From: Takakia lepidozioides
Taxonomy: Eukaryota > Plantae > Bryophyta
Reading direction: 5' to 3'
NCBI GenBank assembly: GCA_030704615.1
Contig: CM060731.1
Span: 66,278,001 to 66,342,000, forward strand
DNA: 64,000 nucleotides
Shown here: positions 1 through 11,039 of the stretch, piece after piece
Layout: each line of letters begins with the position of its first letter
Position numbering within the stretch: the first letter of the stretch is position 1
Notes under the pieces: model-generated
Seen by the model: only the letters and a program-made list of their open reading frames with translations
What the model was told of the DNA's origin: nothing
The model's database searches: none
Translations under genes and position numbers: made by a program

Positions 1-2978
1 AGAGTAATTCCCAGTCTCATTCTCTGGATAGACAGGCAATGCACTAGTTGGAGAGATAAGGTGGTTACTGGGCTCAGAAAGATGCTGGCCCCTGCTAAGA
101 GAATTGAATTGCCAGGCAGCGGTTTGTTCATACTGCATCCCATTGGCAGACAGGTAGAGACTATGCTGACCTGGGTGGCCAGGGGAATTGACTGCCAATG
201 GAGGCAGTGACCAGGCCTGCTGTGGCACTTCCACTGACATGGAGGCTGGCATTTGCACTTGCTCCTTGGGCAAGCCTACAACTCTATGTGCAGGCGCTGA
301 AGACGGAGGGCAAGAGACTGAAGAAGAGGGTAGAGACAAAGTCAGCTTGCTAGGTTCAAGACTATAGTCAGGACGTGCTATGGCTCGCTTTACTTCCACT
401 TTCTTTCCTCGGAATGGTAGATAATGCCGCCGCACAGCAATATCAGCATGTTTGGGATCCTCAAACACCACATATCCAAAACCTCTGGACCGCATGGTCC
501 CATCATCATCAGTGCCACAGATAACCACAGCATCCACAACTTTGCCAAACTCTTGGTCAAAAAACTCCCACAGCTCCTCATACTGAATGAAGTGTGGCAG
601 ACCACCCACAAAAACCTTTCTGGCACCCATATTATCATCCCTCTTGTTGCTGCCCCTGGTTGAGACAAGAGTTTGGGACATGGGAGAACACACTGCAGTT
701 TTTACTACTGGCCGGATGCTTGAACATGCTGAAAATGAACCCTGCAGCTCTCCTGATCCATGCGCAAATGTACACTTGAGGCCATTTGGGCATTTTCCTG
801 TCTTTTCATGGTATGTACATAGCTTGGTCTTAAGGTTTCTCATGGCTTGATCACCTCCCTCTCCATTCCCTTTACCTGCTCCACAACTCATTTCTGAACT
901 ATCAATCCTATCGGCATTGACAAGAGTCATCCACTGAATGAGTGAAATGATATTTGCTTCCCCAAGAACAACCCTCATCAGATGCAAGAAACCAGCATAT
1001 GAGTCTTACATCTGAGGCAAATTCACTGTTCCTTTCCTTCGCCAACTTGCATTAAGGAACTCACCCTGTGCACACTCAAAAGATTTTTCATCTTGTGAAG
1101 AAGATAACAAAGGGGGGACAGACTGTAAAAATGGAGGAGACTGAAGCTGGTGTGAGAAACATACAGGTCCCAGTTGAGAAGTTATGGAGGTGCTCAAGGT
1201 AAACCAACCCTGACAATAACGACAGGGTTGTAAGTGTTCCTCTTCTTCATTTCTGAGATGACATACTTTGGTTGCACTGGCACTGGCTGCAAAAGACATT
1301 AGAAGTGAAAGGACGAATGCAAGAAACCTGGGGATGAAGCCTCAAAGATGGCAGAAAATTGGGAATCCACTCGAGGTTGAACAGGGGCAAGAGTAAGGGT
1401 TGCCAAAAGACTCTCCCAAGATTGCTCGGTAAAAGTTTTCTCCTCCTGCAACAATGCCCGCATCTCCAGTGAAGGAGCCAACTGCAAGGGTTTCTCGTTG
1501 CGGACACTAGCCACATTTCGATTTGCACCATGCTTCAGAAGCAACGCAGTGCAGAGCAAATGATTGTTCTTGACAGCGTAATGCAGGGGTGTCTCTTTTG
1601 TGGCTGCCATTACATTCACACACCCAGCATCCTTCTCCAAAATAAGTGAAAGAGCATCAAAATATCCATGCCCAGCTGCAGTGTGAACAGGAGTGGCTCC
1701 AAGCTTGTTCCCGGTCAACACATTAGCGCCTGCGTCCAGAAGGCTGGCAACAACACGCACATTGACATCCGATCTATTCGAAAGAGTGGCTTGCCGCAGA
1801 GCCCAATGCAGGGCAGTATTACCATCTCCATCACGCTCATTGACAGGGGCACCAGCATCAAGTAAAAGGCACACAAGGGTTTCATCATTGCCCTGAACAG
1901 CCTTTAGTAGAGGTGGCAGAAAGGGACTCTGAGAGTGTGCTGACAATCTTGGCCGAAATAAGAGCAAACATTCTAGAAGCTTTCTTGCAATCTCGCAGTT
2001 ACTGTATATACCCTTCCCCATGGCTGCACATTGGCCATTCAATGACATAGGCTGTGCTGGTCCCTCCAGCGCCCCTCCAAAATTTCGGGTTTTTCTAGTC
2101 TTAAAATCAACATCTTTGACTTCTGCTCCTGAAGCCACCTTCTCCCTAGACTTGCAGGCTACTTCTTCCCATTCACCTAAATCATTCATCGATCCAAGCC
2201 TTGAAAAACTATTACCCCATTTGCTGAAGTCTTTTAACTGCTCCCTATCAGAGGTGCTGCTTGTCCATTTATCCAAGATCTCACTGGACTCAATGTCTGA
2301 CCCAAGGGCGTTATCTGTTTCATCTGAACACTTTCTGTACAGAACACTGACTCCACCGGCCACTGCACCCCCTTCATCCTCTCCTACATAGGGTTTACAC
2401 TTGGAAGAATTTTCAGCAGGCTTATTTGCAGAGCAAGAAGTTGAGTGAACCAACGCCATCCCTAAGAGCAAATCCATCAGTGTTCCTCCTAGATTATCAT
2501 CAGGAGCACCTATCTTTTTCACAACGGAAGTCACTACACTACAATGAACCTTTTTGGCAATTCCATTTACTACGGTATCTACCTTCTTAGCCGCTGACTC
2601 CACTTGGTTAGTCACTACATTTACCACGGAATCAGTCTTTTTTTCAACCGAATTCACGAAAGAGCCTCTGGCGACCAGCAACAATGTAACAAATGGGGCC
2701 AGCTTCAATCCTCGTGCTAGCCTAAACGCAATTGGAACCAGCTGATCCTTGCATTTCTTCTCCAGAGATTGCAGAGATGTCAGATCTTTCTCCCGCAATC
2801 TCTCCACAATCACACTCGCAGGTGTGGCCAGATCCCACTTCAAATGCAGGCTGGTTTTCAGGAGCTCTTCCTCAAAGAGCCCTGCCATCTGCAAAGTTGC
2901 ATTTGGCTTCCGCACCATCTTCAATTCAACCCTGCTGCCACCTGTACCAGGCATTATTGAGTTGCTAAAGTCATGCAT
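1..2978 (-). pseudogene. Disrupted or split paralog of the ankyrin-CCCH-RRM gene, running off the left edge of the window
   Basis: ORF 1299..2993 (564 aa) aligns along its length with the N-terminal and ankyrin half of 6645..10055 (e.g. GNTALHWALRQAT, GATPVHTAAGHG, ETPLHYAVKNNH). TAA stops at 1299-1301 and 1006-1008, with frameshifts through CCCH1. Manual translation of about 930 down to 1 is open: NLKTKLCTYHEKTGKCPNGLKCTFAH (CCCH2) and RKVFVGGL...RGFGYVVF (RRM). Confidence 0.85.
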
Positions 2979-3520
2979 TAATATGGCATTCACGTAGGTC
3001 GCAAATAGATCTCACTATTTGTTAAGCCAGAAAAGCATCAAAAGAGAAAAAAGCACTCCGCAGACTAAATCTCCCTCCTATTGGGGCTTTTCTCTGCCTC
3101 CCACCCCGAGGCTAGAGTGCGTTTCCTGTGGCGCCTCTCCCACACCTCCCACCCCGAGGCCGGTCTCCATATCTGAGCACTGACTAGATGCATTCGCCGA
3201 CGGGATCCAGGTAGTCACCGAAACACACCGCCATGAGCATATTATCCATACACGCTGAAGATGGAGATCCAAGCGCTGATCCAAGTCTAATGAGAGTTCA
3301 CTTGCTACTCAGAATCATAACCTCGCCAGAAAAATGGAAGCTCCAGAAAGCTGTAATGCGTACCTTAAATGAAAAAATGGAAGCTCCACAACGCTACTCA
3401 TAGTGCGTACCTTGAAAGCAAATGGCAGCCCGATCTTGGGGCATCTCCACACCTCCCCGCTGCTCTGTCTCTCTCTGCCCGTCTCCAGTCTCGCGAGTCT
3501 CGCCACAGCTCACAGGCGGG

Positions 3521-3555
3521 GGGTTTAGGGCTTAGGGCTTAGGTTTAAGGTTTAG
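3521..3555 (-). promoter_or_regulatory. Telo-box-like (AAACCCTA/TAGGGTTT) degenerate repeats near the likely 5' end of the minus-strand paralog
   Basis: gggtttagggcttagggcttaggtttaaggtttag lies just upstream (minus-strand sense) of a GA-rich 5'UTR-like tract. Confidence 0.45.
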
Positions 3556-3689
3556 CGTCACACTGCCTCAATGGGATAAATGTTTCTTGTTATTAATTAT
3601 TAGTAAGTTGATTCTGTTGAATTGGGGGTATCTCTTCATTTATGCACACATTCATCCATCTCTTCAATTAAGTATTAAAATCGTCTTAT

Positions 3690-5130
3690 TAGGGACTCGG
3701 GGCGTCCTAATCGTAAAGGCAGGTGTGGCGGATTCTGCCACTTTTTCGGCCTAATTGGGCCACTCAGGGCAGAATCGGTAGGGATGATCGATTACGCACA
3801 GAGTACGGCAGACCTACCACTAAGGCCCATGTCATCAGCCATTAACCTCGCCCCGTTTATATCCTCTCCTGGGCTCTGAATCTGGGCAATCGATATGGGA
3901 TAATCGAAACTCAATCATATTGCGCCACGTAGCGGCGAGAATCCGCCACACCTGATTTTAACGCCAGTGAACGGGCCACGTTGGCCGACTCTGCCCTGTG
4001 CACGGCCATAGGGCTCGCCCTGACGAGCTCGCCCAAAGGCCGCTTTAGGGCAGAATCGGCCAAACACAGCCCGTTCTCTAGTACGAAAAGCGATTTGTTT
4101 TCGTTTTCTTTCGGCACATCTGCACAAAGGACCCCCCATGCTTTGTGAGCTTCAGACATAACGTCCCTCTCGGTGGATTGAACGCAGCACCACTTCCGAG
4201 GTGGTAAGTGCTACAACTTGGTTGTCCAACTTGCAAGTTGCGTCCCCACCGTCAACGGGGTCCACCACAGTTTATGACAGTCTGGGTCTCGGTAGTATGA
4301 TACCTTGCGGATTACCCGGCCACGTATATGCCACGTATATGCCATGTATATATACTGACATACAAACCTGCCCGCCCCACACTAGTAAAAAGTGTTGGGC
4401 GGATCTAAGCCTTTTTTTTTAATATCTGTCGGTTCCGGGTACTACCAATATGACAACACATATGCATCCGGTTCAGGAGTGAGATTTGCAAGGTATTGGC
4501 CGTAAATACGCCGGGTATTAGTGCAAAACCTGGACCCAAACCCTATCTCGGGTCGGATCTCTCAACTCTTCGTGAAAAGCTGGAAGTTGGGAGATCTGGT
4601 CTGATCTTTGACTTTCACCTGCTATAGCAGGTTGGTTTTGGCGATCACTCTGCCGAGGTCTCTTGTGTGCGTGAAGCATGTGTGGATGTGTGTGAAGCAC
4701 AAATGGTAGCTGGAGACCGGCAACACAACCTGCTCGTCGATGGGTGGCTACATGGATGGACCGGTCGCCAAGTCAACGGTTTAGCCCTTGGTCAAACACA
4801 TTTCAACAGTGATGTCATTGGAAACAGGCTCTTACACCAGGTAATGGAATTTTCCTTTTCATATTTTCATATCTGCCGGTTATGCATGTAACCCTGACAC
4901 TAAAAATGGCAGGTCGTTCCGGGTCCGGATACATTGATATCCGGGTTGATATCCTGATGACTCTATATCCGCCCAACACCGGTGAAACCCTAAAATTTGC
5001 TCACCTATTCGATATGTATCCACTTTTGTCTTTATACTCATCTAATTTTTTGCCCAGCCCTCGTTTAACTTGAAAGTAACCAGTTGACTGAGATCCGGTT
5101 TCTATAGTTGGGTTGGCTATATAAACCCAC
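3690..5130. mobile_element. Degenerate DNA-transposon/MITE-like remnants between the divergent paralogs
   Basis: Perfect 17-bp inverted repeat caggtgtggcggattct (3720-3736) / agaatccgccacacctg (3938-3954). Recurring agggcagaatcgg, AATCG and ACCCGG/GATATC motifs. No credible ORF. Confidence 0.35.
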
Positions 5131-6668
5131 CACCCTTTGTACGTTGCATTGAGCCATAACAATTCAAGGGCTAACATGCTGTAATCTCGATAAAATAATT
5201 TCTTATATTGATGACGCTCCAAAAAGTATTTCCAGTCAGTAGCTCTGTTGGATAGAGCACTCACTGGGTTGCACACCCACATGACTTTGGGTTCAAATCT
5301 TGCTACCTTTTCTGGGGTGGTATAATGTTCTTTCCCTTGGTGTCCGGGAGCTATCATTGCTCCGGAAGAGGTTATTTTCTCCTCTGACTATAAGGGGCCC
5401 AATTTGTACGCGGTCGCTCCGGGTCTTTCCCTTTGTTTAAGATTATAAAAAATTTACTATCCATTTACAATTTGTTTTTTCTTTAAGGAGCTCCTAGTAA
5501 ATAAGTCTAGTAAATTGACCTGCTCCTAGTAAATAAGTCTATTTTTTTTCTTAAAGAGGGGAAGTGGACCTCAGTAGAATTAATTAATTATTCAGATAAA
5601 TTTTACTAAAAATAAGTTCTGCCCTAATTATTCCAAATAAAGTAAGTGGCATATACCACTGGCCCCGCCTATGTCCCCGGTTCTTTTCTTCTTCTTCTTG
5701 TTCTTCTTCTCTTTTTTTTTAACAAGGAAACACCAGCCAGCAAATGGGCCTTGAGGGGGAAATAAACCCCCTTTCTGAGCCATGGAGGCATTAAGGGGCA
5801 GAGCCCCAGCCTGAGGGAAGAGAGACAGATGACAGGGTTTGATCCCCAGACCCACAGGCCAAGCTTACGGCTCTGTTGGTTTTTCTCTTTTCTTTTCTTT
5901 TTTTCTTTTTTTCTAAAATCTGCATTGATTTCTAGGAGATAGGCTTTCCACATAGGAGGTGCCAGCTGGCGAATTGCTTTGGCGAAATTGACCTAACTTG
6001 ACCAGTTTTATCCTTTTTTCTTCCTCCTTTTTAATCCAAACTGGGCCTTGAGGGAAGTTTCCCGAAGGAGGAAAAAACCAGCGTTAATCCAAGTTTCAAA
6101 AGGATAAAACAAAAGGGTCAGTGTTAATCTTTTCGTCGGCAAAAGTAAAAACTCTAACATGAATACCAAGAAGCTGTTGACTCGGTAACACAACACACAA
6201 CTACAGAGTGTTGTCTATCGGGACATGTTTTCATCTGTACTCGCGGCCTCTGTTCATCCATGGCCAGCGATTTTCGAGTACACGGATGGATGCGAAATAG
6301 GGGGGTTATGGAGGCGGATGGATGTCGGTAGCTCGACATCCGTCGTGTGCAGCGCAGGAGGGCGGCCATAGGAGCAGCGAGAGAGAGAGAGGGAGAGAGA
6401 CAGAGAGAGCTTGTTGTGGGACTGCGGTGAGCGTGCTGGGATTCTGAACCCTAATCTTCTCTGGATCTGTACAGCGTGAGCTTTGTGAGTGAGGAAGAAG
6501 TGGTCTGGTCCTAGAGCTGTGCAGAGATGCCCCAAGATCCGGCGCCCGTGTGGTATTCAGGTAAGCAAGGGGTAAATTCAGAAGCTGGGGATGCTAATGT
6601 ACGAGGGTGGGCGTGAGGGGATGACGAGTTGTGGTTTGTAAGGGTTGAAGGAAGGAAGAAGTAACATT

Positions 6669-9600
6669 ATGCATGGAACAGGTGGGAGTAAGGATGTATT
6701 GAGGAAGGGGCCGAAACAAGCTACAAGTGTGGTGGAGATGGCAGGGCGGCTTGAGGAAGAGCTTCTTAGCAGCAGACTGCATGTGAAGTGGGATCTGGAC
6801 ACACCAGCGAGTGTGATCGTCGAAAAATTGCGGGAGAAAGATTTGGCAGTGCTGCAATCTCTAGAGAAGAAATGCAAGGATCAGCTGGTTGCAATTGCCT
6901 TTAAGCTAGCTCGTGGCCTGAAGGTGGCCCCTTTCGTTGCATTGTTGTTGGTCGCCAGGAGTTCTGTTGTGAATTCGATTGAAAAAAAAACGGATTCCGC
7001 GGTGAATGGAGCGGCTAGGAAGTCGGATTCGGCTGGTACTTTGGTGGCTAAAAAGGCGGATGCTGTGGCAAATGTAGTGGCTAAACAAGCTGAGTCCTTC
7101 AGCTTTCCAGTGGCTAAGAAGGTAGATACCGTAGTAAATGGAGTGACTAAAAAGATTGACTCTACTGTGGTGAGTCTGGTTGGAAAAATGGTAGATGCTC
7201 CGGATGATTGTCTAGGGGGCACTCTGGTGGATTTGCTCTTAGGGATGGCGTTGGCACACTCAACTTCTTGCTCTTCAAGTAAGCTTGCTGAAAGACCTTC
7301 CAAGTGTAAATCTTATTTAAGAGAGGAGGGGGGGAATGCGTGGCCTGGTGAAGCCAGCGGCTTATACCGAAAGTGCTCAGCTGATGCAGATGAAGGGTTT
7401 GGCTTGGAGATTAAGCTAAATGACAGCCCGGGCGAATGGGAAGGCACTACCTCAGATAGCAAGGATTTAAAAGACTTTAGCAAATGGGATGAGAGCTTTT
7501 CAGGGCTTAAATCTTCAAAAGATTCAGGTGACTGGGAAGAAGTAACCTCAAAGTCTAGGAAGAAGTCTGGAGCAGAAGTTAAAGATGCGGATGGGAAGTG
7601 TGGGAGAACACCAAGTTTTGGAGGGGAGCAGGAGAGACCAACAAAGCCTATATCATTAGATGATAAATGTGCAGCGATGGGGATTGGTTTAGAGACAAAC
7701 TGCGAGATCGCAAGAAAGCTTCTAGAATGTTTGCTCATATTTGGCCCCAGATTGTCTGCACATGCCCAGAGTCCGTATTTGGCACCTCTTCTAAGGGCTG
7801 CTCAGGGCAATGATGAAACTCTCATTTGCCTTTTGCTGAATGCGGGCGCCCCAGTCAACGAGCGTGATGCAGATGGCAATACCGCACTCCATTGGGCCCT
7901 GCGGCAAGCCACTCCTGTGAATAAGCGGACTGTCAATGCACATGTTGTTACCAAACTACTGGATGCGGGTGCTAATGTATTGACTGGGAACAAGCTTGGA
8001 GCCACTCCTGTGCATACAGCAGCTGGACATGGACATTTTGAGGCTCTTTCACTTATTTTGGAGAAGGATGCTGGTGGTGTTAATGTAATGGCAGCCACAA
8101 AAGAGACACCCCTCCATTATGCAGTCAAGAACAACCACTTACTGTGTGCAGCTTTGCTTCTGAAGCATGGGGCAAATCGTAACGTGGCTAGTCTTCGAAA
8201 CCAGAAACCCTTGCAGTTGGCTCCCTCACTTGAGATGCGGGCATTGCTACTGGTGGATGACAAAACTCTTAGGGAGCAATCGTGGGAGAGTATTATGGCA
8301 TCCCTTGCTCTTGTCTCCTCCCAGTCATCTCCTCTGTTCTCCCTTGCCCCTCTTCAACCTCAATTTGAGTCCCAAATTTCTTGCATCTCCGAGACCTCAA
8401 CTCCAAGTTTCTTGCCTTCCTCCTCGCACTTCGCATCCCATCCTTCTTCTCAGGCTTGGCTTAACTCAAGGAGCACCAGCGCTCCTCAACTTGGCCCCTC
8501 ACCTTTATCACAATGGCTCCAGTCTCCCTCTCTTTCACCCTCTCCCCCTTCATTGTCAGCTTCTTCACAAGACGGAAACCCTTTTGACTGGTTGACTGCA
8601 CAATCCCAATTCATTAGTGGACGAGAGTTGGGGCAAGTTGGTGAAGGAAAGGATTCTGTCAACTTGCCTCAGTATAAGACTGTGATGTGTCGTTTTTTTG
8701 CATCTAACGAGGGTTGTGCATGGGGAAGTAAATGTCATTTTGCTCATTCAGGAGATGAACTTCTTAGTGCCGACAGGTTTGAGAGTTTAGACATGAGGGC
8801 TGCAGCTGGTCAAGGGGATGGAGATGGAGGTGATCAAGCTGTGAAAAACTTTAAGACCAAGCTATGTACACACTATGAAAAGACAGGAAAATGCCCACAC
8901 AGTTTGAAGTGTATGTTTGCGCATGGATCAGGAGAGCTGCGAGCATTTTCTTCATTTTCAAGCATCCGGCCAGTGGTAAAAAGTGAGGTGGGTACTTCGA
9001 CTTCCAACTCTCTTGGCTCAACTGGGAGCAATGACAAGAATGATGATGACATCAGTGCCAGAAAGGTTTTCGTGGGTGGTTTGCCACACTTCATTCAGTA
9101 TGAGGAGCTGTGGGAGTTTTTTGACCAAGAGTTTGGCAAAGTTGTGGATGCTGTGGTTATCTGTGGTGTTGACGCCGATGGAAATACCTGCTCAAGAGGT
9201 TTTGGGTTTGTGGTGTTTGAGGATCCCAAACATGCTGACATTGCTGTGCGGCGACATTATCTACCATTCCGGGGTAAGAAAGTGGAAGTTAAGCGAGCCA
9301 CAGCACGTGTTGACTATAATGATGATCCCAGCAAGCTGACCTCATCTCTATCTTCTTCTTCATTATCTCGCCCTGTCTCTTCAGGGTCTTCTCGTAGTGT
9401 TGTAGGCTTGTCTAAGCAGGAAGTGCCAGTTCCAACTCCCACGTCAGCGACTGTGCCGCAACAGGCCTGGTCATTACCTCCATTGGCAGTTGATTCTGGC
9501 CACTCACTTGGGAATGGGATCCAACCCTCTTCGGATAGGGTGCCGTTCTTTCGTGAACAGGGTGCTCCACAGTTTGACCCCTCTAATTCTGGCCAGTATT

Positions 9601-10055
9601 TTCCTGAACCCATTAATCACGTTATTTCTCAAAATATTGCACCACCTCTCTTTACAGCTAGTGGGACCAGTGATTTCTCTGCTCAGGATAGTGGCAACTG
9701 CTTTCCAAACTTTCGAAGCATCTTCCCTCAGAGTGCTCGGTCTCTAGACTCTGGTCTTTTATTGGACGCCAACCCTGTTTCCTTTTTAGAGCCTGTTGTT
9801 GGTCCTTCCTCACTCCATACCTACCCTTCTCCCCCCCTTCCCCCATCCATATCTGCCGCACACCCTTTTCCCCATAGTGCTGCATCCAATGGCAGCTCTT
9901 TTGACAGAATTGCTCCTCGCCCTTCAAGTCTTGACATCAACCACAAATCTCGGTCTCTCTTCAGCAATCCAGCTTCCTCCCTGTATCAATCATATGACAG
10001 TAATCAGGACAATGATGAAGAGCTTTCAAAGTTACTTGCGTTGCTGCAAGGATGA
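6669..10055 (+). CDS. Intronless ankyrin-repeat + two CCCH zinc fingers + RRM putative RNA-binding protein (about 1128 aa from ATG 6669; the ORF track starts at TTG 6645)
   Basis: Uninterrupted 3.4 kb ORF. Ankyrin repeats at about 7780-8240. Two C-x8-C-x5-C-x3-H fingers with TIS11-like lead-ins (YKTVMC..., FKTKLC...) at about 8670-8925. RRM with RNP2 KVFVGGL and RNP1 RGFGFVVF at about 9060-9300. Ser/Pro-rich low-complexity linker and tail. MHGTGGS matches the paralog's MPGTGGS, supporting the start. Confidence 0.92.
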   Translation: MHGTGGSKDVLRKGPKQATSVVEMAGRLEEELLSSRLHVKWDLDTPASVIVEKLREKDLAVLQSLEKKCKDQLVAIAFKLARGLKVAPFVALLLVARSSVVNSIEKKTDSAVNGAARKSDSAGTLVAKKADAVANVVAKQAESFSFPVAKKVDTVVNGVTKKIDSTVVSLVGKMVDAPDDCLGGTLVDLLLGMALAHSTSCSSSKLAERPSKCKSYLREEGGNAWPGEASGLYRKCSADADEGFGLEIKLNDSPGEWEGTTSDSKDLKDFSKWDESFSGLKSSKDSGDWEEVTSKSRKKSGAEVKDADGKCGRTPSFGGEQERPTKPISLDDKCAAMGIGLETNCEIARKLLECLLIFGPRLSAHAQSPYLAPLLRAAQGNDETLICLLLNAGAPVNERDADGNTALHWALRQATPVNKRTVNAHVVTKLLDAGANVLTGNKLGATPVHTAAGHGHFEALSLILEKDAGGVNVMAATKETPLHYAVKNNHLLCAALLLKHGANRNVASLRNQKPLQLAPSLEMRALLLVDDKTLREQSWESIMASLALVSSQSSPLFSLAPLQPQFESQISCISETSTPSFLPSSSHFASHPSSQAWLNSRSTSAPQLGPSPLSQWLQSPSLSPSPPSLSASSQDGNPFDWLTAQSQFISGRELGQVGEGKDSVNLPQYKTVMCRFFASNEGCAWGSKCHFAHSGDELLSADRFESLDMRAAAGQGDGDGGDQAVKNFKTKLCTHYEKTGKCPHSLKCMFAHGSGELRAFSSFSSIRPVVKSEVGTSTSNSLGSTGSNDKNDDDISARKVFVGGLPHFIQYEELWEFFDQEFGKVVDAVVICGVDADGNTCSRGFGFVVFEDPKHADIAVRRHYLPFRGKKVEVKRATARVDYNDDPSKLTSSLSSSSLSRPVSSGSSRSVVGLSKQEVPVPTPTSATVPQQAWSLPPLAVDSGHSLGNGIQPSSDRVPFFREQGAPQFDPSNSGQYFPEPINHVISQNIAPPLFTASGTSDFSAQDSGNCFPNFRSIFPQSARSLDSGLLLDANPVSFLEPVVGPSSLHTYPSPPLPPSISAAHPFPHSAASNGSSFDRIAPRPSSLDINHKSRSLFSNPASSLYQSYDSNQDNDEELSKLLALLQG

Positions 10056-10903
10056 ACCTGTCTAATCTTTCCAAATGAACTTACTTCTTGAGAGAACTAG
10101 TTTGTCTTCACGCATGGTAGGACTCGTAGTGCAGAGAATGTTAATTGTATGTACATTCATAAAATGTCCCTGTTCGAGTTTATTTTCAGTTCAGTGATGA
10201 CCAATAAAGAGGGGTCTGTGCTTGTAACCAATAAATAGCACTGTGGACGGTTCACCCGACATCATTGACTAAATTTTTTGTCACCCAAAGATCTTAATGA
10301 TGGATGCCTCGACTTGTCAGAAGATGAAAATGGCTGGATATTGTCTGCCAGTGTATTCAATCTTACTTATAAAACTTAGGTGACAGTCTATTCTTCCTGC
10401 ACCACATTAGAGGTCGCGGAGAAGAAGCTATATTCGTTTCTCTTTCTAAGCTTATGCAGTCCCATCATTTGCCCAAGATGTGTTCTTTGTTTGTAGTTTC
10501 TGCAGGGAGTGCGAGAATCGAGACACAGCGCCTATGGACAAGCCTTGTTGATTAGGGTAGAAGCCCCCATTGTGGTGAGGGTGGTGCACACATGACCACC
10601 ATGGTGTACCCATTTTTGGAGGGTATCCAAGCACTTTTTGGGCTGTGATAGGCCAATAAACTTATCCAAAGGGGAATGAACCATCTTATCCTTGCATTAG
10701 ACTCAAAATATAGCAGATGAACTCACTAAAAATTGTTCCAAAAAGTAGCTTGGACTTTAATGCTAGAAGTACGCATTTATGTGTACAACTACTTTACCAA
10801 TCGAAGTAATGGACCTTAACTTGAGAACTACCCATTCATTTGGGTCTACAACTACATAAAAGTTAAGATCACATATTCACTAGGGTCTTCGGCCCCCTTT
10901 TGG

Positions 10904-11003
10904 GGGCCCTACATTGACGCTAAATGTAGCTTGGCCCCTTTCGGGGTGGGCCCTACATTGACGCTAAATATAGCTTGGCCCCTTTCGGGGTGGGCCCTAC
11001 ATT
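10904..11003 (+). repeat. 44-bp tandem repeat, about 2.3 copies
   Basis: Unit gggccctacattgacgctaaat(g/a)tagcttggcccctttcggggt starts at 10904, 10948 and 10992. An inverted copy lies at 13017-13076. Confidence 0.9.
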
Positions 11004-11039
11004 AGGTGTACAAAGCTTATAATAAATTCTCAAGTTTGC

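Noticed and set aside
6578-10065. Many shorter ORFs overlapping the ANK-CCCH-RRM gene (and likewise its paralog at 390-2997)
   Set aside because: They are antisense or alternate-frame shadows of the long coding frames.
10904-11003. 44-bp palindromic repeats as a CRISPR array
   Set aside because: The units are contiguous with no unique spacers, there are no cas genes, and the context is eukaryotic.
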